Origin: Kiritimatiellia bacterium
GTDB taxonomy: Bacteria; Verrucomicrobiota; Kiritimatiellia; RFP12; UBA1067
Direction: 5' to 3'
Length of the DNA: 36,739 nt
Assembly (NCBI GenBank): GCA_017507065.1
Contig: JAFWBO010000109.1
Location: forward strand, 1 to 36,739
In this document: positions 1-8,210 of the stretch, one piece after another
How the letters are laid out: every line of letters begins with the position of its first letter
Numbering within the stretch: position 1 is the stretch's first letter
Notes under the pieces: generated by a model
The model's database searches: none
What the model was told of the DNA's origin: nothing
Seen by the model: the letters and a program-made list of their open reading frames with translations, nothing else
Position numbers and translations under genes: made by a program

Positions 1-284
1 CCATTTTCAGTAAAGGCGTATGGGAGGTATTTAATATTACTTCCACGGCTTCCGTTCAAGATGCCAATTTGGCATCTTGAACATTCTTCACGAGTCAGCT
101 GAAACATGAAATCGTCTGGGAAACGTTCAATGTTACGTTTGACTTGTCTGTTTAGTTGACTAACTTCAACGCCATACAACTCCGCCAAATCCCGATCAAG
201 CATAACCTGAACGCCGCGAATCGTGAAGATTCGCGAACGTATCAAATCGGAGTTTGATAATTCCTGTATGGCCAGTTCGTTCAT
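1..284 (-). CDS. ORF6N-domain protein (putative DNA-binding), 5' part only; runs off the left edge
   Basis: Manual translation from the minus-strand ATG at 284: MNELAIQELSNSDLIRSRIFTIRGVQVMLDRDLAELYGVEVSQLNRQVKRNIERFPDDFMFQLTREECSRCQIGILNGSRGSNIKYLPYAFTENG. It has the ORF6N hallmarks IRGxxVMLDxDLAxLY, VKRNxxRFPxDFMFQLT and LPYAFTExG. Absent from the ORF track because it has no stop in the window. Confidence 0.9.
   Translation of the reverse strand, partial: MNELAIQELSNSDLIRSRIFTIRGVQVMLDRDLAELYGVEVSQLNRQVKRNIERFPDDFMFQLTREECSRCQIGILNGSRGSNIKYLPYAFTEN
54..82. repeat. Perfect 14-bp inverted repeat with 1-nt spacer (29-bp palindrome) inside the ORF6N gene
   Basis: GTTCAAGATGCCAA-T-TTGGCATCTTGAAC; the arms are exact reverse complements. 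Confidence 0.95.
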
Positions 285-316
285 GTCCTATAAAATTCTC
301 GTCAGAAAACGTCTAA

Positions 317-325
317 ATTGTATCA
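317..325 (-). promoter_or_regulatory. Putative extended -10 promoter for the ORF6N gene
   Basis: Minus strand reads TG-A-TACAAT about 32 nt upstream of the ATG at 284, divergent from the fba promoter. Confidence 0.5.
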
Positions 326-394
326 TTTTTTCGTCGATAATCATAGAGGGGATGAAATTTTTGTTGCTGACTTGCCAGTGCGGGCTTCCTACTA

Positions 395-424
395 TTGATT
401 TAACAGCCGTCAATATGGTATAAT
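395..424 (+). promoter_or_regulatory. Putative sigma70 promoter of fba
   Basis: TTGATT (395-400), 18-nt spacer, TG-G-TATAAT (416-424); AGGAG Shine-Dalgarno before the ATG at 474. Confidence 0.65.
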
Positions 425-473
425 ATAGGCAATTTGCCTCTATCGGGGCATATTTACAAGGAGAAAAAGAAAA

Positions 474-1472
474 ATGGTCAGCTACAAAGATCTTGGTCTC
501 GTAAACACCAGGAAGATGTTCGCGAAAGCGGTAAAAGGCGGCTATGCCATCCCTGCTTTCAACTTCAATACGATGGAGCAGATGCAGGCGATCGTCCAGG
601 CCGCCGTCGAGACGAAGTCTCCCGTCATCATGCAGGTTTCCAAGGGCGCTCGCAAGTATGCCAACCCCACGATTCTGCGATACATGGCGCAGGGCGCCGT
701 CGAATACGCCAAAGAACTCGGCTGCAAGAAGCCCCAGATCGTCCTTCACCTCGATCACGGCGACAGCTTCGAGACGTGCAAGAGCTGCATTGATTCCGGT
801 TTCTCCTCCGTCATGATCGACGGCTCGTCTCTTCCTTTCAAAGAGAACATCAAGCTTACGAAGAAGGTCGTCGCCTACGCCCACAAGCACGATGTCACCG
901 TCGAAGCCGAGCTCGGCGTTCTCGCCGGCGTAGAGGATGAAGTCTCCTCGGCCGAGAGCCACTACACGAAGCCCGAGGAAGTGATCGAATTCGCGACGAA
1001 GACCGGCTGCGACTCGCTCGCCATCTCGATCGGCACCTCCCACGGCGCCTACAAGTTCACGCCCGAGCAGTGCACTCGCGATCCCAAGACGGGCAAGCTC
1101 GTCCCGCCGCCGCTCGCGTTCGACGTCCTCAAGGCCATCGAAAAGAAGCTCCCCGGCTTCCCGATCGTCCTCCACGGCTCGAGCTCCGTCCCGCAGGAAG
1201 AGGTCGATACGATCAACAAGTACGGCGGCAAGCTTCCCGACGCGGTCGGCATTCCGGAAGCCCAGCTCCGCAAGGCCGCCAAGAGCGCGGTGTGCAAGAT
1301 CAACATCGACAGCGACTCCCGTCTCGCGATGACCGCGGCCATCCGCAAGTATTTCGCCGAGAATCCGAGCCACTTCGATCCCCGCCAGTACCTCGGCCCG
1401 GCCCGCGAGAGCATGAAGAAGATGTACATCCACAAGATTGTCAAGGTGCTCGGGTCGAACAACAAGCTCTGA
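474..1472 (+). CDS. fba: Class II fructose-1,6-bisphosphate aldolase
   Basis: Motifs YAIPAFN, LHLDHG, SSVMIDGS, VEAELG, LAISIGTSHG, VLHGSS, KINIDSD, FDPR. Confidence 0.96.
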   Translation: MVSYKDLGLVNTRKMFAKAVKGGYAIPAFNFNTMEQMQAIVQAAVETKSPVIMQVSKGARKYANPTILRYMAQGAVEYAKELGCKKPQIVLHLDHGDSFETCKSCIDSGFSSVMIDGSSLPFKENIKLTKKVVAYAHKHDVTVEAELGVLAGVEDEVSSAESHYTKPEEVIEFATKTGCDSLAISIGTSHGAYKFTPEQCTRDPKTGKLVPPPLAFDVLKAIEKKLPGFPIVLHGSSSVPQEEVDTINKYGGKLPDAVGIPEAQLRKAAKSAVCKINIDSDSRLAMTAAIRKYFAENPSHFDPRQYLGPARESMKKMYIHKIVKVLGSNNKL

Positions 1473-1513
1473 TCCGCGGCAATAAAAATCTCCCAATCCC
1501 GAAAAGGAACCTT

Positions 1514-2554
1514 ATGGCAAAGGAAACCAAATCCGCATACGCCCAGGCGGGCGTTAACATTGACGTCAAGATGAACGCCGTCGGCTCCATCAAACAGATG
1601 GTGGCATCCACGAAGACGGCGCTCGCCATCGGCGGCATAGGCGCGTTCGGAGGCCTCCACAAGGTTCCCGCCGGGAAGGATCAGATACTTGTCGCGTCCA
1701 CCGACGGCGTGGGCACGAAGCTCAAAGTGGCTTCGCTAATGAACCGTCACGACACGGTGGGGCAGGATATCGTCAACCACTGCGTGAACGACATCCTCGT
1801 GCAGGGCGCAAAGCCGCTCTTCTTCATGGACTACGTGGGAACGTCGAAAGTCGATCCCGCGCAGTTCAAGCAGATCGTGAGCGGCCTTTGCAAAGCCTGC
1901 AAAGAAAACCACATGACGCTTCTCGGCGGCGAAACCGCCGAGATGCCAGGCCTCTATCCGGTCGGAGAATACGATCTCGTCGGCACGATCGTCGGCGCGG
2001 TGTCGAAGAAGGGCCTCATCACCGGCAAGTCCATCAGAGCCGGCGACGTCATACTCGGCTTCCCGTCCGGCGGCTTGCAGACGAACGGCTTTTCGCTCGC
2101 CCGCCGCGTGATATTCGACATCTGCCAGTGCTCCTGGAAAGACAAGATCCCCGGCACCGACCAGACGTTCGGCGACGCGCTCCTCGCCGTGCACAGGAGT
2201 TTCCTCAGGCCCGTCGCCAAGCTCCTCGAGCGCAAGGTGAGAATCACCGGCATGGCCCATATCACGGGAGGCGGCTTCGCCGACAACATCCCGAGGGTTC
2301 TTCCCAAGGCCGTCAACGCCGAAATCGACCGCGCGAGCTGGGAAGTGCCCACCATTTTCAAGTTTATCGAACGTCAGGGCAAGGTCGACCGCGACGAGAT
2401 GTACCGCGTGTTCAACATGGGCATCGGCTACGTCGTGATCCTTCCCAAAAACCAGCTCGTCAAAGCGACGAACATTCTGAGGGCCCAGCACCAGCCTTAC
2501 AGCATAATCGGCGTCATCAGAAAAGGCAAAGGCGTCGTGACCTACAAGAATTGA
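1514..2554 (+). CDS. purM: Phosphoribosylformylglycinamidine cyclo-ligase (AIR synthase)
   Basis: Start corrected to ATG 1514 (AAGGA upstream). Motifs YAQAGVNI, STDGVGTKL, VNDILVQGAKPLFFMDY, GGETAEMPG, HITGGG, EMYRVFNMGIG. Confidence 0.96.
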   Translation: MAKETKSAYAQAGVNIDVKMNAVGSIKQMVASTKTALAIGGIGAFGGLHKVPAGKDQILVASTDGVGTKLKVASLMNRHDTVGQDIVNHCVNDILVQGAKPLFFMDYVGTSKVDPAQFKQIVSGLCKACKENHMTLLGGETAEMPGLYPVGEYDLVGTIVGAVSKKGLITGKSIRAGDVILGFPSGGLQTNGFSLARRVIFDICQCSWKDKIPGTDQTFGDALLAVHRSFLRPVAKLLERKVRITGMAHITGGGFADNIPRVLPKAVNAEIDRASWEVPTIFKFIERQGKVDRDEMYRVFNMGIGYVVILPKNQLVKATNILRAQHQPYSIIGVIRKGKGVVTYKN

Positions 2555-2579
2555 GTTTTCCGGCAGGAGGATTCCGAAA

Positions 2580-3743
2580 ATGGCTTTTCCCGGAGGCAGA
2601 TTCGACGTCGAGGCGATGCGCGAGCAGGCCCGTGCCAAGAAGGCGGCCGCGAAGCGCAAGGCCATTATAAGCAATACGGTTTCGGTCGTGCTTCTCGCGG
2701 CGGTGGCCATCGGCTGCTGGCGCGGATGGGTGGCGTGGCGAGAGCATGTCGAAGAGCAGCGCGAAGAGCAGCGCCTGCGCGAGGCTCAGGAGGCCAGGCG
2801 CCAGGCCGAGGCCGAGAAAAAGCGCAAAGAAGAGCGCGAGGCCGAAAAGCGCCGGCAGGAACAGCTCAGACGCGAGCGCGAAGAGCGCGAGGCCGCCCGC
2901 AAAAAGGCGATAGAAGACGAGAAAATCCGCCTCCAGGAAGAGAAAATCAGGCTTGAGGAAGAGAAACTCCGCCAGCAGGAAAAAGAGCGCGAAGAGCGCG
3001 AATGGCAGGAAAAGAACAAGTCTTTCGCCGACGATGCCGTGAAAGATCTCAAATTCGATCCGAAAGACTATGTCCTGTGCCAGGCGGGATGCGAGGAAAT
3101 CGTGGATTTCATGGTGACGGGAGACAGGTGGGAGTCTCTTTCTTCGAAGGCGTCTGCCGGGCTTACGATCGATTTTCTCAGGGCTCTCAACGACGGCTCC
3201 GTGACAAATGAATTTTCCGAAACCCATTATCCCGACCATGCGGCGACGAGAGCCATTCTCGCGCTCGCCGGCAAGGAGCGTTTCACGATGGTGTTCCGCC
3301 AGGCCGTCCCCAAGGAAGGCGGGAAAAAGAACATGTCTTTCGTCCTGCTCACGGCCGATCTCAACGACGGGCTCGCCCTCCCGAAAGGCGGCCGCGAGCT
3401 TAAAGGGCCGGGCGGCGCGGTTTCCGGCTACACGGCGCCGTTCCTTTTCGGCCGCACTCCGTTTTTCTACGTGATGCGTCCGGCGACGGCCAAGAGGCTC
3501 TGCCAGGAATGGCGCAAAACGAGAGCGCGCATCGTGAAGGACGCCGAGAAGAGCGGCGGAGCAGATGCGTATGTCAAGGCGCGTCTCAGAGAGGAAATCG
3601 GCGATTTCATCGCTTCCGTCCGGGCCGAGATGGCCACGCCCGAGCCGGAGAAGCCGCCGGAACCTCCCAAAGAGGCGAAAAAGCCGGTGCGGCCGAAACC
3701 GAAACCGCTCAAAGGCATGTCAGATCTCAAATCTTTCAAATGA
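2580..3743 (+). CDS. Hypothetical membrane-anchored protein with long E/R/K-rich helix and Pro/Lys-rich tail
   Basis: One hydrophobic segment (VSVVLLAAVAIGCW), ~95 aa charged helix, GGAGG upstream, ATGA overlap with the next gene. Confidence 0.75.
   Translation: MAFPGGRFDVEAMREQARAKKAAAKRKAIISNTVSVVLLAAVAIGCWRGWVAWREHVEEQREEQRLREAQEARRQAEAEKKRKEEREAEKRRQEQLRREREEREAARKKAIEDEKIRLQEEKIRLEEEKLRQQEKEREEREWQEKNKSFADDAVKDLKFDPKDYVLCQAGCEEIVDFMVTGDRWESLSSKASAGLTIDFLRALNDGSVTNEFSETHYPDHAATRAILALAGKERFTMVFRQAVPKEGGKKNMSFVLLTADLNDGLALPKGGRELKGPGGAVSGYTAPFLFGRTPFFYVMRPATAKRLCQEWRKTRARIVKDAEKSGGADAYVKARLREEIGDFIASVRAEMATPEPEKPPEPPKEAKKPVRPKPKPLKGMSDLKSFK
2919..2981 (+). repeat. Three imperfect 21-nt tandem units encoding heptads (EKIRLQE/EKIRLEE/EKLRQQE)
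   Basis: gagaaaatccgcctccaggaa / gagaaaatcaggcttgaggaa / gagaaactccgccagcaggaa. Confidence 0.7.
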
Positions 3744-5014
3744 ACGAACTTGCAAAAAATCTCAACGATACGCTCGGTCCGGCGCTGAAATTCTTTTCAG
3801 CCAGAGGACGGCGGATATATTTCCCGTACGGCGGCATTCTCGGGCAGGGCGCCGAGGCGAAGAAGTGCGCCGTGAACGCCACGATAGGCATGGCATTCGA
3901 AGACGACGGTTCGGCTCTCGTGCTGCCGTCCTTCGCGAAGAGAATCTCTCTCGACAAGAGCGCGTTTCTCTATGCAGGCAGTTTCGGCATGCCCGCGCTC
4001 CGCGAGGCGTGGCGCACCAAGATGATCGAGAAAAACCCGTCTCTCGCCGGGAAGACTTTCTCGAATCCCGTCGTCACCAACGCTCTGACGCACGCGCTCA
4101 GGGTGGCGGCCGAGCTGTTCGCCGACGAAGAGAGCGAAGTCGTCGTGCCCGATCTCTTCTGGGACAATTACGAACTTCTCTTCAAAGAGGCCGTCGGCGC
4201 GCCGATGCGGTTTTTCAACACTTTCTCCGGCGGCGCTTTCGATACGGCCGCGATGAAAGAGGCTCTTGCCGCGCCCGGCGCGAGGAAGATCCTGATTCTC
4301 AATTTCCCCAACAACCCCACGGGCTATACGGCGAGCATCGAAGACGCCCGCAGAATCGTGGCGGCCGTCAAGGACGCGGCCGATTCGGGCAAGGAGATCG
4401 TCGTCATTCTCGATGACGCATATTTCGGGCTCGTGTACGAAGAAGGCATTCACGGCGAGTCGCTTTTCGCCGAGTTCTCCGATCTTTCCGAAAACGTTCT
4501 CGCTGTCAAGTGCGACGGCACCACGAAGGAAGACTACGCCTGGGGCATAAGGGTGGGGTTCATCACGTTCGCGATGAAGGGCGCGACGCCGGAAATGCTC
4601 AAGGCGCTCGAGTCCAAAGCGGCCGGCGACGTGCGTTCGTCGATATCGAACGTCAATTCGGTGGGGCAGCGTCTCGCGCTCGCGGCATTTGCCGACCCGG
4701 CCTACGAGAGCGAAAAACGCGGCAAGTACGAGGTTCTCAAAGCTCGTTACGACATCATCAGAAAGGTCCTTGCCGAACATCCGGAGTACGGCGAAGCGTT
4801 CGAGCCCATGCCGTTCAATTCCGGCTATTTCATGTGCGTGAAACCAAAGGGAATCGACGCCGAAGCCGTGCGCCGGCGTCTCATCGAGCATTATTCGACG
4901 GGAACGATAGTTCTTTCGGGTCTGCTCAGAATAGCGTTCTCTGCCGTTTCTTCGTCTTCGATACCCTCGCTTTTCGGCAACGTGGCCGCTGCCGTCAACG
5001 ACTTGAGGGCTTGA
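3740..5014 (+). CDS. PLP-dependent aminotransferase class I/II
   Basis: Start ATG 3740 (ATGA overlap). Motifs NATIG, NFPNNPTG, DDAY, DGTTKE (PLP Lys) followed by WGIRVGF, PFNSGYF. Confidence 0.9.
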   Translation: MNELAKNLNDTLGPALKFFSARGRRIYFPYGGILGQGAEAKKCAVNATIGMAFEDDGSALVLPSFAKRISLDKSAFLYAGSFGMPALREAWRTKMIEKNPSLAGKTFSNPVVTNALTHALRVAAELFADEESEVVVPDLFWDNYELLFKEAVGAPMRFFNTFSGGAFDTAAMKEALAAPGARKILILNFPNNPTGYTASIEDARRIVAAVKDAADSGKEIVVILDDAYFGLVYEEGIHGESLFAEFSDLSENVLAVKCDGTTKEDYAWGIRVGFITFAMKGATPEMLKALESKAAGDVRSSISNVNSVGQRLALAAFADPAYESEKRGKYEVLKARYDIIRKVLAEHPEYGEAFEPMPFNSGYFMCVKPKGIDAEAVRRRLIEHYSTGTIVLSGLLRIAFSAVSSSSIPSLFGNVAAAVNDLRA

Positions 5015-5064
5015 GAACCGCAAGCCGGCGAGCCCGGCTTCTGCATGATAAGAAAGGAAGCAAA

Positions 5065-6582
5065 ATGAAACATCTGTTTTTTGCCGCCGTCGCCGCCGCC
5101 GCGCTGAATCTTTGCGCGCAGCCCGAGAAAATCGCCGCCGTGAAAGTGGCCGATAACGCGACGTTTTCAGCCGCAGTCATGAAGGTCGCCGAATTCTCCG
5201 GGAATGCCATGGCCGGCGCCATGCTCTCCGGAACTTTGCAGAACGCGGCGCATCTGCGTTTTTTCGGGACGCTGAGAAACAGCGAGCCGACGACATGCCT
5301 CATGTTCGCGGAAGGCGGCGCCTTGGCTTCGGCCGATGAAGTGCAGGCGGCTCTCGTGTGTCCGGTCGCGGTTTCAAAGGCGGATTTCAAGAAAAAACAT
5401 CCGGGCAGCACCGAGAAGAACGGCGTCGTGAAGGTGACGAAGGGGCCGGCGGTTGAAATCTTCGACGGCACGGCGTATGTCGTCTTTTCGAAAGACGGCA
5501 AATGGGCTGCGGCAGCCAAGAACGAAAAGATCGCGCGCGCCGCACTCGCGGAGTCGAAGTTCAACGAGAAGCCTATCGGAAGCGATATCGCGAGGCTGTA
5601 CATCATGCCGGCCGGAGTCAAACGTCTCGCGCAGGCCGTCGCCGAAAGCAAGAACGACGGAGACATCCGTTCCTCCGCCGACGCCAAGGCTCTGGCCGAA
5701 CGGATAAAGAACGGCATCAGCGCCGGATATGCCGCGGTCTCGATCGGAGACAAGGGCATCGATCTGAACGTTTCTCTTCTCCCGGTGAAAGGGTCTGATT
5801 ACGCATCGCTCGCTTCTAAAGCCGCGATAGACGTCTCCGGGGCGCTCTCCCGCATCCCCGCTTCGGCATTCGCCGGCAGCGCCTTCGCCGCCGGCATGTA
5901 CGACAACGGAAAGCTGTGCGCGTATGTCGGTGAAATCAAGAAAATATTGGAAAAGAACGGCGTAAAGATGGATGCTTTGAACGTCAAAGTCGCCGGCGAC
6001 ATGCTCGCTGCCGGTTTCGACGTGCGGTCTTTCGTGAAGTATATGTCCGACGGCGGCAAGGCCGCTTTCGACAAGATTGACTTCGCCGCCATGCAAAGAC
6101 AGCTTGCGGACGTGTCGGCGAAATACCGCGAAACCGCCGGAGGAAAGTTCGATCCGTCCGCGAAGGCGGGCTCGAGCTGCATTTCCCTGCCGCCTTTCAA
6201 ACCGAAGCGCACGGTGGGCGAGCTGTACGGCAGGGTTCTTCCGGAGTTCAAGAGCCGCCGCGTTCTGTATGCCGGCGTTTTCTCGGCGTATGACGCGATG
6301 AAGAATATAATGGAGGAGATTGTCAAGACCTCCGGCAGGAAAGATGCGCAATCGGCCATGATCGCGCAGTTCATGCAGATGATGCCACCCGCCGGCGACG
6401 GCGGCACCGCACTGGCGGTCTGGACGGAGAAAGGCAAGGTGCGCTATCTTATGCGCGTTTCTCCCGGGGAAATCAAAGGTTTCTCGTCGTTTCTGAATCT
6501 CGCCGCGGCTTCGGCCATGTCGCAGGCATCGCAGGGTTTCGCTCAGCCGCAGATGCTCGAGATCGACGGCGACGACGATTGA
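5065..6582 (+). CDS. Hypothetical exported protein
   Basis: AAGGA Shine-Dalgarno, start ATG 5065, signal peptide MKHLFFAAVAAAALNLCA; no motif recognised. Confidence 0.75.
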   Translation: MKHLFFAAVAAAALNLCAQPEKIAAVKVADNATFSAAVMKVAEFSGNAMAGAMLSGTLQNAAHLRFFGTLRNSEPTTCLMFAEGGALASADEVQAALVCPVAVSKADFKKKHPGSTEKNGVVKVTKGPAVEIFDGTAYVVFSKDGKWAAAAKNEKIARAALAESKFNEKPIGSDIARLYIMPAGVKRLAQAVAESKNDGDIRSSADAKALAERIKNGISAGYAAVSIGDKGIDLNVSLLPVKGSDYASLASKAAIDVSGALSRIPASAFAGSAFAAGMYDNGKLCAYVGEIKKILEKNGVKMDALNVKVAGDMLAAGFDVRSFVKYMSDGGKAAFDKIDFAAMQRQLADVSAKYRETAGGKFDPSAKAGSSCISLPPFKPKRTVGELYGRVLPEFKSRRVLYAGVFSAYDAMKNIMEEIVKTSGRKDAQSAMIAQFMQMMPPAGDGGTALAVWTEKGKVRYLMRVSPGEIKGFSSFLNLAAASAMSQASQGFAQPQMLEIDGDDD

Positions 6583-6583
6583 G

Positions 6584-7435
6584 ATGCCCGGCGGAACGAC
6601 AATCAGGGCCTACGCCAAGATCAATCTGACGCTTGAAGTTCTGGGCGTGCGGCCCGACGGCTACCATGCGCTCAGGTCGGTGGTGATGCCTGTGTCTCTT
6701 TTCGACACGGTGCGGCTTGAAAAGGCGTCTGACGTGACGAGCGACTATCCGGGCGAGGGCGATATTTCCGTCAAGGCGGCGCGCGCGATTCTGCCTCCGG
6801 GCGCGGGCGTGAGAATTTCGCTCGACAAGGCCATCCCCGAAGGAGGCGGGCTCGGCGGCGGCAGCGCAGACGCCGCGGCAGTGCTCGTCGCCCTGAACGA
6901 AATGTATTCGCTCGGCCTCGGCGTCGACAGACTTGCGCAAATAGCATCCTCCGTGGGGTCCGACGTGCCCGCGCTCGTTCTTTCGAGATATGCCGGAGCG
7001 GTCGTCATGGAAGGGCGCGGCGAGAAAGTTTCGCCTCTCGGCGTGTCGCCCGGGCGGCTGCTCCACATCGTTCTCGCCAATCCGCGCGTCCATGCTTCGA
7101 CGAAAGAAGTGTTTGCCAGATGCTCTTCGCATATGGCGCAGAATCCGGAAATATTGTATAATATGCGCGAAGCCCTCGCTTCTTCCGACCGCGGAAAAAT
7201 ATCCGAGGCGCTTGCGAACGATCTCTCCGGCGCCGCGGCTGCTCTCCATCCGGAAATCGCATCTGCGGCGGAGCGTCTCGGCGCGGTCGTCAATTCGCGC
7301 GTGTCGATGACCGGCAGCGGCGCCACGGTGTTCGCGCTGGCGGAGTCTCCGGAGACCGCGGACGCGGCGGTCGCCGCTCTCGAGGCGGAAGGCTTCTGGG
7401 CTAAACATGTAACGAACGAATGTCCCGTTGTGTAA
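6584..7435 (+). CDS. ispE: 4-diphosphocytidyl-2-C-methyl-D-erythritol kinase
   Basis: AKINLTLEV..RPDGYH, GHMP loop IPEGGGLGGGSADAA, VGSDVP, MTGSGATVF. The stop codon lies inside the tRNA gene. Confidence 0.94.
   Translation: MPGGTTIRAYAKINLTLEVLGVRPDGYHALRSVVMPVSLFDTVRLEKASDVTSDYPGEGDISVKAARAILPPGAGVRISLDKAIPEGGGLGGGSADAAAVLVALNEMYSLGLGVDRLAQIASSVGSDVPALVLSRYAGAVVMEGRGEKVSPLGVSPGRLLHIVLANPRVHASTKEVFARCSSHMAQNPEILYNMREALASSDRGKISEALANDLSGAAAALHPEIASAAERLGAVVNSRVSMTGSGATVFALAESPETADAAVAALEAEGFWAKHVTNECPVV
7151..7164 (+). promoter_or_regulatory. Putative internal -10 element (TATAAT 7157-7162) within ispE
   Basis: AT-rich patch ATATTGTATAATAT in an otherwise GC-rich gene; matches the window's TATAATA motif; ~260 nt upstream of tRNA-Gln. 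No clear -35. Confidence 0.4.
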
Positions 7436-7494
7436 TGGCAGCACAAGAGGTTTTGATCCTCTTTGAGGTGGTTCGAATCCACCCGGGACAACCA
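7421..7494 (+). tRNA. tRNA-Gln (anticodon TTG)
   Basis: Acceptor TGTCCCG/CGGGACA, discriminator A, encoded CCA; D stem GTGT/GCAC; anticodon stem AGAGG/CCTCT with loop TTTTGAT; T arm GGTGG-TTCGAAT-CCACC. Confidence 0.95.
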
Positions 7495-7508
7495 TTCCAT
7501 TCCATGCG

Positions 7509-8210
7509 ATGATCCATATAGACATCATAACGGTGCAGCCGAAAATGTTCGGCGGTTTTCTCGGCGAGTCCATTGTGTCGCGCGCCGTTGCGAAGGGCCT
7601 TTGCTCCGTGTCGGTCGTGGATCTGCGCGATTTCGCCGAGGGCTCGTACAGAAAGGTGGACGACGCGATATACGGCGGCGGGCCCGGAATGCTCATGATG
7701 TGCGCGCCGTGGTTCGCGGCCGTGGAGAGGTGCGTCGCGGCCGTCCCCGATCCTTCAGGCGGCAGGCGCGTCGTCATGACCACTCCGCAGGGCAGGCGTT
7801 TCGCGCAGAAAGACGCGCAGGAACTTTCCCGCGCCGGCCATGTCGTTTTCATGTGCGGACATTACGAGGGTTTCGACGAAAGGATACGCACGCTTGCGAC
7901 GGACGAGTTCTCGATAGGCGATTTTGTCATGACCGGCGGCGAGATAGCGGCCGCGGCGATGGCCGATGCGGCGGTGCGGCTCGTTCCTGGCGTTCTCGGC
8001 GGCGGCGCGGCGGCGGTGGCGAACGAGAGTTTTTCCGATCCCAACCTTCTCGAGCCGCCGCAATACACCCGGCCCGCCGATTTCAGGGGCATGAAAGTCC
8101 CCGAGGTGCTGCTCGGCGGCGACCATGCCGCCGTCGAGGCGTGGCGCAGAGGCGAATCTCTGAAAAGGACGGCGGAGCGCCGCCCGGATCTCGCCGGAGG
8201 GGACAGATGA
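7509..8210 (+). CDS. trmD: tRNA (guanine-37-N1)-methyltransferase
   Basis: KVDDAIYGGGPGM, PQG, CGHYEGFDERI, SIGDFVMTGGE, ESF, LLEPPQYTRP, VPEVLLGGDH. Confidence 0.96.
   Translation: MIHIDIITVQPKMFGGFLGESIVSRAVAKGLCSVSVVDLRDFAEGSYRKVDDAIYGGGPGMLMMCAPWFAAVERCVAAVPDPSGGRRVVMTTPQGRRFAQKDAQELSRAGHVVFMCGHYEGFDERIRTLATDEFSIGDFVMTGGEIAAAAMADAAVRLVPGVLGGGAAAVANESFSDPNLLEPPQYTRPADFRGMKVPEVLLGGDHAAVEAWRRGESLKRTAERRPDLAGGDR

Noticed and set aside
54-82. Palindrome as a CRISPR repeat, attC site or terminator
   Set aside because: Single copy, no RYYYAAC/GTTRRRY ends, no U tract, and it lies in frame within a coding region.
223-423. 66-aa + strand ORF
   Set aside because: It overlaps the ORF6N start and the divergent promoters, with no RBS or recognisable motif.
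1070-1513. Long N-terminal extensions in the ORF track (purM from 1070; also 3509, 4510, 7463, 18799, 19320, 30769)
   Set aside because: They overlap upstream genes in another frame. Downstream starts with an RBS or ATGA coupling match the family N-termini.
5022-5040. Hairpin AAGCCGG-N5-CCGGCTT (and CCCC-GCAA-GGGG near 11228) as intrinsic terminators
   Set aside because: No following U tract; at most processing or stabilising hairpins.
7421-7510. tRNA-Gln as an integration site
   Set aside because: No integrase and no duplicated tRNA 3' end noticed; the flanks are housekeeping genes.
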